Source: Zygnema circumcarinatum SAG 698-1b (lineage: Eukaryota > Plantae > Zygnematophyceae). Taken from it: a stretch of 64,000 nucleotides of DNA. Each line of letters opens with the position of its first letter. Position 1 is the first letter of the stretch. Positions 21,255-31,600 of this stretch are shown here, in pieces. The notes beneath the pieces are model-generated. The model was not told the DNA's origin and ran no database searches. It saw only the letters and a list, made by a program, of their open reading frames with translations. The translations under genes were made by a program, and so were the position numbers. The DNA lies in assembly GCA_037447605.1 (NCBI GenBank), contig CM074804.1, positions 3,387,909-3,451,908 of the forward strand. Reading direction: 5' to 3'.

Positions 21255-24200
21255 ATGCTCATGGAGACTCCGGCAACGGGACAGAGCTGCGTGAATGCTG
21301 ATGTAAACGAGGAGTTGGTTAACGCTGCTTGGCTGCAGCTTGGAATCGATCCAGCGGGGTTTCTCGATGATTCCGTCAGTATTGTAAGCATTATGAAACG
21401 AATGGCCTGAATAACACTAAAGTTTAATAAAAATAACTGGTGCAGGCACAGCTTTAATTGTTTTTCAGACACTATTTTCGTTGCTAGAGGTATAGATATT
21501 ATAACTTCAGTATAAATCCCCCTGTATCTCTTATTTAAAGAGGGTAGCGCTTGCTATGATATTAGAATTATTACTGCTAGATTCAGCGCGTGGTAGATTG
21601 CTTCTCCGCATTTTTCATTTATATAGACTTAGTCACTTTGCACTTTTCTCGAACAGTTTCTTTTGTTCATTACCCTGCTTGGTACTAAAAAGAACCTTTT
21701 TCTGGATACAACGATGAGCTGGGCAGGTCGTCCAATACCTGGCAGAATGTATTGATTCCTATGAGAGGTATGTTTCACTAAGACACTCAACGAATTTTGA
21801 AGATAACCTCAATGACGTAGAGGCTTTACATTCATCCCTACCTGGTGCTAGACTTGATTTCGGTTCTTCAGTAGGCTGCAGGGCAGGAATCATGCCTAGC
21901 GAAACGCTTGGCACAATCATCAGGCCTTTTTAGCACAAAGTATGATTCATCTGTTCGCAATTTAGGTTTGCCAAAACTGACGATAGCCTTGTGTCTGTAG
22001 TGTCCTACTGGCGCAGTTCGCACCTGCAACCTTTGAAGACGAAGTAAAGACCATTAAGGTGATTGTTACTTACAAATAGGAACATTTTGGAGCTAGATGA
22101 CTGAAAGGTCGTCATTCGTTTCAAGGCAGACTTGTCTCTGTTTACTCTGGATGAGTTATATGGCAAAACGCATTTCACATACATGTACTCGCCAAGTTTG
22201 CAAATACGGTATCTGCATTCCGTCTGTTAGCTCGCATGATTTACAACGTCTACCTTAAGCACGTAAATCACTTAAACTAAGGGAATTGATATATGCTCAG
22301 TATATAACTTTCAAGGAGCTCGTCAGGTTTCAGGTTTCCTGTGTTGCTTCTTTGCACGTGCTGTCATCATTAGATTGTGTTTAAGTGGTTAAAATGAGGC
22401 TTAGGTCACAACACAAAATGCTATCATTGCAGGCTAGATGTGGGAATGCATTGCATTGCTTCGGCTTCTGTCCTCGACGATGTTCAGTCGATAATATTAT
22501 GACCAGGAGATACAGCTGTCTAACAGGCCGTGGAGGCACTTTACGACATCCTTGTTGGAGCAGTGGAGAAAAATTGGTGTAAATTTCAAGCTTATGCTCA
22601 ACGAAACATATTCATTATCCCTGAAGGCCTGCACATACCGTCAAAGGTATGTACATATTCTCTCCTGAAAGGAGGGAGTCTTCTTTGAGATCTTGGCATT
22701 TACAGGTCAGACTAGGCCCGAGTTTCATCCATCTCATTATGAAGCCGTCACAATTGCATGAAACGTGTTAGCTCTGAAGTAGGTGATGACAATCTAGGGG
22801 CTGGGTTGCCAAAGCCACAATAGCAGGAAATGTGAAGTCGACTCCAAGATTGCCAGTGAAATCAGTGAATTGCCTGGGCAGGATAGGAGGACGAAGTACG
22901 CAAAGGTAGCACTATAACGGGTGTCTCAGAGGAGGAGAGGAAGCTGGCCTCCGAGTTGGACGACCTGAGACGAAAACTGGCAAAGGTCAGCATTAGCTTC
23001 ATCCAAAACATCATTCTACATCACACATCTGTGCCTGTACTGGAAACGTATTTGAAATTAGTTTTCTTTTTGTTTGGACCATTTCGAGAATGCCAGGCAT
23101 TCAGGCGTCCGTAACTGTGGCTCTTATTGAATAGGAAAGATGGACACTGTTGCGTGCAGGATGTTGTCCTGATGTCAACTGTTGTGGATGTAGACATGTT
23201 CCTAACTCCATGCATCCTATTTGCTCGGCAGGAGCAGGCAGAATTTGTCCGACTGCGGAAAGAACTTAAAGCTGTCAACATAAATATCCAAGAGTATAAA
23301 CATCCGGCCCTTGCATTGGAAGCCCTGAAGGTGGAAATGATGGCCAATGAAGGTAAGTGGCAGCTCCAACTGTGACCTTAGCTTGCCCAAACAGAGCTCC
23401 AAAGTAGCTAAACTAACTGCTGGGTTGAATGAACACGAGCCGAACTTGTCTGGCAAGCCTTGTCACCGCATTTGAAATTATCTATCCGATAAAAATAGAA
23501 TCTTTTAAATTCTCAGTCATCCTCTGGGGTTTAGAACAAATTCAATGATGAGCCTGATTCGATGCACCTCTTCCATACTGTGCTTTCATATGTTTTTGCA
23601 ATGTCAGTCCTCTCTGTGCATTTGGCCTCTGCATAAATTTTAGAAGTGCACAAGGAAAGAAGCTGATAGGTAGGAGGCAGCTGCAGCTAGAAGAGTATAG
23701 GTAGTGTTGCAACTGGTTGATAGTCCCACTTGCCCAAATTTCATTACTTTACATGCTCAACTGAATGGTATGCATGTTATATTGTGCCTGGAAGTACTAC
23801 GCTGAATGTGCGCGATATGCCTCCGGTGTCTAGAAGTCAGTCAATATACAATGGCGCAGGGCTTTCCTCTCACGTAAGGTTTCGTCACTTCTAGTAAAGG
23901 ATTGTCAGTCATTGGCTGTACCTACAGCCAGCCATAACAATGCCTCCTTGTTGCATCCGTGAAATAGGACTCGTGGAGCGTCTACAATGCCTCATGGATC
24001 GTGCAACAGTGCTTCGGAATTCACATGCCATTAGTAAGTGCACCATCCATAGCTGGTAGCGCTTGTCCCTTTGCAACATTTTTATTCTGGAATTTTAAGT
24101 ATGTTTAACGGCATGCAAAAGGTTCTACCCAGTTATGTGAGAGAAAATAGTAAAATGAGTAGAAAGTGTTGTCACTAGGATAAAATCTCTACGCGTCTTC

Positions 24201-24412
24201 TGTTGCTGGGCTTGAGTAAGTTTTATGAGAGATGGTCAGAGCATAAGCGGTTCTTCTGTTGGCAAAGTATTCAACCACTCCTTTGTGTCGTCCTCACTGC
24301 AGGCAGACAACAGAAGGCGACTGAGGCGGCCGCTAAATTGCCAGCAGAAGTTGTGGCATCCGCCTTGAGGCTCATGACCAGCAACAATACTGTCTTTCCT
24401 GCAGGCCTGTAG
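21255..24412 (+). CDS. MIS12: Kinetochore protein MIS12 homologue, multi-exon; some exons and the end are uncertain
   Basis: LGIDPAGFLDDSVSI|VVQYLAECIDSYE, AVEKNWCKFQAYAQRNIFIIPEGL (Mis12 F..Y..RNIF.IP motif), EEERKLASELDDLRRKLAK and a coiled coil EQAEFVRLRKELKAVN, all bounded by GT-AG sites. Confidence 0.75.
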
Positions 24413-25102
24413 CATATCTCATGAAATCATCCACAAGCGATCCATATTCTGTGGGTTACTTCCCCTAACCTTGGCAACCTGGTACCTGCACTGGCCCACC
24501 AGTGAATTTCCTGCAGCCGTATGGACCCTTCACCTCGTGGTCCTGTATAGACTATTCGGCGATATGAGCATGTAGCATCCCTTGCCTGAGGTTTAGTCGG
24601 TGGTCCATACAGGCCTTGCCCCACTTGCCAGGTGACGTGTCTGTGATATCAAGCACGTTCAGCGATGAACAACAATATCCAGCTCTTCAACTTGTAGTGT
24701 TTTCAGTCAAGAATACCACCGCTTTGGAAACATAGAGGATATCCTAAAGACTTAGAGACGATTCCAGATTCCAAGCAGTGTCGCTCGGTGACACCCCGAA
24801 CAGGCTTGGTTGAAAGTGGTAGCACTCTTAAAGATGGAAGCTCGGAAATCTGGAATGCTGGCTATGCATCATCACCCCCTTCGAATCAGTTTGCGTCGGG
24901 AGGTTCAAGGATTTGAGTCACTGCCAATTGTACAATCACTTTTTTTAGTAAGACACAGACAGCATGCTGTGAGATGCACTCAGATTGCCGGAAGCACTTG
25001 TGGCATATTTCAATGCAAACATCGACAATAATTATTCGAACTAAAAAACCCAAGACCCATTTGTCCTTTTTAAGCTTTGAATTGTACATCCTGTATACTC
25101 AG

Positions 25103-25261
25103 CAGTGGCGGACCTACATACAAGTTGGGGGAACTCCCCCCCCTCAGATTTTGATAAAAAAAACCTTTTCTTTATTTGAATTTTGAATTTATTTTATGTA
25201 TGTATTTTATGCTGGTAGGGGGCTTAGCCCTCCCAAAGGAAAAATCCTGGATCTTCCTCTG
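25103..25261. mobile_element. hAT-type MITE, about 159 bp, degenerate TIRs, near-perfect 8-bp TSD
   Basis: Starts CAGTGGCGGACC and ends GGATCTTCCTCTG. Flanks are ATACTCAG (25095-25102) and ATACTCAA (25262-25269). The interior is AT-rich with subterminal G/C runs. Confidence 0.55.
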
Positions 25262-25689
25262 ATACTCAACAGTATTACTTGTGCTAGCGCAACTGTGTAC
25301 CGTCGTCAATGCAGTCCAAAGAAAAAGAAAATTAAAAGGCACCCCTTAACAGGACCTTGTAGTCATGAAGAGCGTCCTACACGACTACTCTACAACCCTA
25401 ATTCGCGGCGTTTGGCGAGAACAAGAAAGCACAAGAAGAAGCGAACCTTACACAGTCGACTATGAAGGCAGCAGAGAGAGCGTGGCTTGAGAGGATGCGT
25501 TGCCGCGGCCCCGCCCACACGTTGACGAGGAAGGCGCCGTCCCTCAGCCGCTCTGCTGGGGGGGAGGAAAGAAGCTCTCGTCTTCGCGGCCCAGAATTGG
25601 CGGCCGCGAGGACCCTCCTCCTCGCCGAGGGGGACTGAGGGAGGTTCTTTGGCAGCGGGAGCGGAGCATCGTAGTCCCGTCAAGTAGCC

Positions 25690-28600
25690 ATGGTTTCCGA
25701 TGCTGCCAAGAAGAAGGCAGCTGCAAAGAAGACTGCTGCAGCTGTGAAGCGAGGAGCAGTGAGCACTGGCGCCAGGGCACATGTCTCTGGAGGTGCCGCT
25801 GCATCGACTAAGCACACAGTTGAGGACTCGGTGTCAGATAAGGTGGCTGACGCATTGCCGGGGAAAAATCAGTCTCGTTCTGTTAATTCGCTTAAAAGTT
25901 TGGCTGAAACAGGGGGCAATACTACAAGGATACATTTCAAGTACAGGGAAAGAAGCGTTTGTATGCGGGCCTGTAAAATTTGGTTGCTGGCGCCGATGGT
26001 TCTGGACCCAACCAAGCTGAAGGAGTTCGTTGAATTGGTGGTCTGTAAGTTGCACCTGGCAAGTGTGGGCGAATTCGTTGCTTGAAACTGCTGTATTGAA
26101 AAAAGTTCGGCCTGTTTTGCAGTCAAATACAGTGCAAGCTTTATCTACCAATATTAGTACCGACAATGCCGAAACGGAAAGGCGAATGCTTGCGGATAAT
26201 ATAAATCGACTTACCTTTCCACCAAATTTAACCGCTCGACAGCGTGCTATACTGCATGGTACGTTTCGTCATAGAGTGTGGCCAACCGGAATGGCAAATG
26301 CCATAATAAAAGCGGTGGCTGGGAAAAGTGCAGTTACATTTTTCAACAATGTTATTGAAAGTAGTAAATGAAGAATCAACTTGTAACGTTCATTATCCCT
26401 TCATGGACTATTCGGCCGGTAATTATCCATGTTAGACAGATGAACTAGAAGTATCAAAACCCTTTAACATACCATGCACTTGGCAGGAAACATGTGTGGC
26501 AAAGTGTAGTTAAGTCCTGGTTTTTTCAGTATGGCTAGGTCTTCCGACTCAGCATAATTGCCAAATCTGAATCGTATGCCGAATGTTCTTGCTTGAGTCT
26601 CATTATCGCATGGTTGGGTTTTTGGATTGTAGGTTTAACATGTGTGCCACTAGATCTCGACTTGGACATAACTTAGACTTGGTGCAATGCAAGACTTGCA
26701 ATGCAATGCGGACTTGTTCCATATCACTTCAACAAACCCATCCTACATCCTAACCTTCCAATCCATTCTTTTATTTTTTTCCATTCCCACAGACTTTGCG
26801 GAAACTAGCGGATTGAAGCATACAAGCGTCGGAGACACCGAGGACACGCGAAAACTTGTAATCTGGAGAGATGGAGAGGAAGGAATGACTAAAGCCTTGC
26901 AGTCTGATTCTTCCACGATAACCATGGGAGAGCTTGCGGAGATGATCAAGGAGCACCTGCATGTTGACACAACACCGCTACTTCAGATGGAGGAAGTTAT
27001 CGTGCCTGAACGAAGACAGGAAAAGAATAAAGCAAGTAGTGGTAGAATTGCCACATTTGGAAGTGGTACAAAACAATTGTTGACGCGGGAGGAATTCGTA
27101 TCCAAGATGGGCCCTTTAATCAATTTAGAAAGGGTCAGTAACGACTCTAGACGAATCCTATCTTGTTCGCCAAACTAAAATCAAAGGAATGACGTTGTGT
27201 TTGCTCGTTTTTATCACGGAATTTAACCTACAATGTGGTACGTAAGGATGCATGTTCCTTAGAGCCTGGAATCCAGTGACTGAACCGCCGCCTGTAAAGG
27301 AACTTGTAGCTGAAATGGCTTCTTAGTTTCGCTGCACGCAGTGCAATCATGATCTTTCTGCACCTTGAGAAGTTTCTCGACAAGGTTTTGACAATCGTAA
27401 CGGCACCTGCTTCATTCAGCTTGCCTGTAGGTGAATATTTTCTAATGACATATTGTAGTTTGTTTCTTATTTTTTATTTTTTTTTCCGTGAATCTTGATA
27501 TGTTTGAATTGACCTTTTGTTGCTGTCTGCTAGGATGCAGAAATATCTGCTTCCACGGAATCCACTGCGTTGCTGAAGCCGGAAACTGCTCAGAAGAGGG
27601 GTCGGACTCTTCTCAACTTAAAGTGTACTGATGCAGAGGCAGGCCTCTTTGGAAAAACGCTCATAGTTCTGAAGCCCAACAAGAGTGAGCTTCTCCCACC
27701 TCACAAGTTCACTCCACGCGACGTGGTTTCCATTAAGCCCAACAAGGCTGAGTCCAGTTCTCCTCCGATCGGACAAGGCGTTGTGTATCGAGTGCGGGAT
27801 GGGGCCATTACTGTCGCTGTGGACGATATGCCAGAAGAGGGTTTGGACGTGCCACTACGAATTGAGAAATTGGCTAATGAAGTCACTTATAAGCGCTTGA
27901 AGGTATGCTAGGACTGATCCCTCCTTTGTCTGGTCGTGTCACCTTAGAAACTGTCGTTTGTTCGTCCCAGGAAGCAAGCAGCGTGTGAACTAAGTCTGCT
28001 TGCTTTATAGCTTGTGAAAAGCAGACATGTTTTCCATTCTGCGCGTTTGGAAATTCTCAGTGGCAAACTTTGGCTTTTGTAGGATACACTCTCCGAACTG
28101 GCGAAAGGATCCATTAAGGGCCCAGCCAACGACCTTGTGCCGGTGTGTCTCAGTTACCAGCTGGTTTTTTTTCTCTTGCGCTTAGGACATGTGAATGGCT
28201 CATGTTTCTGCCAGCAGCTCTGCATTTACTGCAATTGCTCAGAATGAGATAAAGAGTAAGCCACTAGTGCTGAGGAAACCCCTGGAAAAGCTTGATATGA
28301 TAAGCATCGCAGTTTCAAACCAGGCTGCACCGGAGGAAAGGTTAAGTCTGTGTATGAGAATTGTTTAAGTGATCTCAGCCGTGAGATTTCTTGTTAACAG
28401 GTTCTTTTTGGCGAAAGACCGCCAACTTTTGCCAAAAGGCCTCCGGAATTCAGCCCGTTCAATGGAGGTCTTGATCATTCTCAGCGGGCTGCTGTCACTA
28501 AAGCGCTTGCAGCTGCTGACGTTGTGCTGCTGCACGGCCCTCCAGGCACAGGGAAAACCACGACTGTGATCGAGGTTAGCCCTACTTGAGGCTCACCTAA

Positions 28601-31600
28601 CGTTCAATCAATGGGAGTCTTTGGCTATACAAAGTCGACCCCGGATTGGCGGCTGCGTACACATATTTATCCTCCGCCTTGCAAAGATAGATTGTGATTA
28701 CTTTGTTTTGGATTGTGAAGTGATTGCAAATCTCAAGGGGGCTGAAGACAACGAGTCTGCAGTACTAGAAGTCTTACGGTGACTTCTGACTTGAATTGAA
28801 AGTTGCCAAAAGTTGTGTATCGTAATGCCGTGACCTTGAGAATTCTTAGAAATGTGTGGGAAACACAGTTCCAACCCAAGTTTCCTTCCCTGCATGCCGC
28901 CCACAGTCGGTGCTGGCCGGCATGGCAGGTGATCCTGCAAGAGGTAAAGCGCGGCGGCCGGGTGTTGGTCTGCGCGGCCTCCAACATCGCAGTGGACAAC
29001 GTGGTGGAGAGGCTGTCACGTCACAAGGTCCGCCTCGTCCGCCTCGGCCACCCGGCGCGCCTCCTTCCGTCGGTCCTCGCCAGCGCCCTCGACGCGCAGG
29101 TGAGGCCTCTCCTCCCTCCCCCTCCCCTCCCCTCCCCCTCCCCCTCCCCTCCCCTCCCCTCCCCCTCCCCTTCCCCCTCCCCCTCCTCCCCCTCCCCCTC
29201 CCCTCCCCTCCCCTCCCCTCCCCTCCCTCCTCCCCTCCCCTCCCCTCCCCCTCCCCCTCCCCCTCCCCTCCCCTCCCCTCCCCTCCCCCTCCCCTCCCCC
29301 CTCCCCTCCCTCCCCCTCCCCCTCCCCTCCCCCCTCCCCCTCCCCCTCCCCCTCCCCTCCCCCTCCCCCTCCCCTCCCCTCCCCTCCCCCTCCCCCCTCC
29401 CCCTCCCCTCCCCCTCCCCCTCCCCCTCCCCCTCCCCCTCCCCTCCCCTCCCCCCTCCCCTCCCCTCCCCCTCCCCTCCCCTCCCCCTCCCCTCCCCCTC
29501 CTCCCCTCCCCTCCCCTCCCCCCTCCCCTCCCCCTCCCCTCCCCTCCCCCTCCCCTCCCCTCCCCTCCCTCCTCCCCCTCCCCCTCCCCTCCCCCCTCCC
29601 CCTCCCCTCCCCCTCCCCTCCCCCTCCCCTCCCCCTCCCCTCCCCTCCCCTCCCCTCCCCTCCCTCCCCCCTCCCCTCCCCTCCCCTCCCCTCCCCCCTC
29701 CCCTCCCCCCTCCCCTCCCCTCCCCCTCCCCCTCCTCTTCTCTCTTGTCCTCATCTCGACTGACTTGTTTGAAGGGGCAATAGCCTTTGCAGTACCTGTC
29801 CATCTGCAGTGTGCGTCTCTGGTGGTTTTTTTCTAATGATGAGTTGTTCCTCTCACGAGCTTTGGAGGAACTCATTGTTTGCATCGTTTAAGGATCTGCT
29901 TCGTTCAGTTCCTCCTCTTTGTCCTGCACCAGTGAGCGTTGTTTTAGATGCTGGCGATTTTATCCCTCTAGGTTAAGGTTAGGTTTTGGGTTACGGCTAA
30001 GGGCTCAGGGTTAAGGACTAGTGTTTGGGTGTAGGGTAGGGTTAGGGTTAGGGATAGATGTCGAAGGGTTTAAGGATTAGGGTGTAAGTAGAGTTTATCG
30101 TTTAGGGTTAGGGTTTAGGGTTCAGGTTTAGGGATTTGGGCTTGGGTTAGGTTTAAACTGTAGAGTTAAGGTTAGGATTTAGGGTTTAGGGTTTAGGATT
30201 AGGTTTACATTTACGGTTAAGTGTCAGGTCGATTTTAGGGTTTAGAGTTATGGTTAGGGTTAGGCTGAAGCATAGGATTTAGCGTTTAGAGTTTAGGGTG
30301 AGGGCCTATGGTTTAGGATTTGGGGTTGAGGGTTTAGGGATTAGGGTGTAGGGTTAGGATTAGGGTCAGGACTCGGTTAGTTTAGTGTTTATGTTTTGGT
30401 TAAAGTCTAGGCTTTAGGGTTGAGGGTTCTGATTTATGGTTTGGGTTTTGGTTTATGGGTTCATGGTGAGGGTTAGATTTAGGGTTAGGCATTGGGGTTT
30501 AAGTTTTAGGGAAATATGTTAGGGTTTAGGGCTAGGGTTAGGATCTAGAGAAGGGTAGAGTTCAGAGTTTTGGGTAAGGTTAGAATTTAGAGTTAGGATA
30601 GGGATAGGGTTTAGGTTTAAGGGTTTTGGGTCAGGGTTTAGGGTGAGGGACTAGAGTTTAGGGTTTGGGTTCTTGGTCGAAGGGTTTACGGTTAAGGTTT
30701 CGGAATAAGGAAGGGTCAGGACCAGGGTTTTGCGTTTTGGGTCAGGGTTAGGGTTTGGGTTAGGATTGATAAGTGAGATGGATTTGGCATTGATCTCGAG
30801 ATCAATGATTGATAAGTTCATTAATAGGCAAAATGGGCAGATGTGCATGTGGACATAACTGTGGGTTTTGAAGGATGGTCAAAGGGAGGCCTTTGTCCTC
30901 CCAGGATAATTTTTTCTTTTTTTTTTTTGTTTTATATACCATCTATTCTGCTGGCAGCTATGCCTTCAGCTTTTGATGCAGTGTTGCATTATCAGTGTGG
31001 TTTTCAGCTTTTCCTTCGGAAATAGCCAAACCGATCGTTTATCGCGTTCAGGTGCTGAAAACGGACAACAGCGCTTTGGCCAACGACGTGCGGAAGGAAA
31101 TGAAGCAGATAAGCAGCAAGCTGCTGAAGACGAGGGACCGCCGAGAGAGGGGGGAGCTGCGAAGGGAGCTGAAAAGGCTTGGAAAGGAGCAGCAGCAGCG
31201 GCAGCAGCAGGCAGTTGCTGACGTCATCAAAGACAGTGCTGTGGTGTTGACCACTTTGACGGGAGTCTTAACTCGTCAATTAGAGGTGAGGGAGGGAGTG
31301 GTAGAGAGCTCTGATACGCACTTTGCCATCTGTAAAGCTAACGTAGTTGGCAATCTCAAATTACTTCATGTCTTCAGTGGAACAACTCTTCAATATCTGC
31401 TGTCTTCCTCTGCAGGTTAAGTGTTAGACTCTTTTTCTCTGATGGACTGCCCTCGTTGTTTCAATCACAACAGCTTGCATGTAAATCCACTGCAGAGCTT
31501 ATTGCTTCACCTCATTGCGGTAGATGTTATGCAACTGAAGTCCATGTCACTGTTTACATACCCATGTCTGAGTGATTCCACCATGCTTCACTTGAGAGTC

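Noticed and set aside
25690-26085. A complete ABCF transporter gene
   Set aside because: Only the leader resembles ABCF1. No ABC Walker A/B or signature motif follows.
28803-29884. 300-aa Pro-rich (extensin-like) and Gly/Arg/Glu-rich ORFs
   Set aside because: They are translations of the intronic (CCCCT)n tract, which has no stops in any frame. The real exon ends at the donor at 29100.
29968-30766. True chromosome end or contig misjoin
   Set aside because: The repeats are degenerate, and the helicase exons continue in the correct order and phase on both sides.
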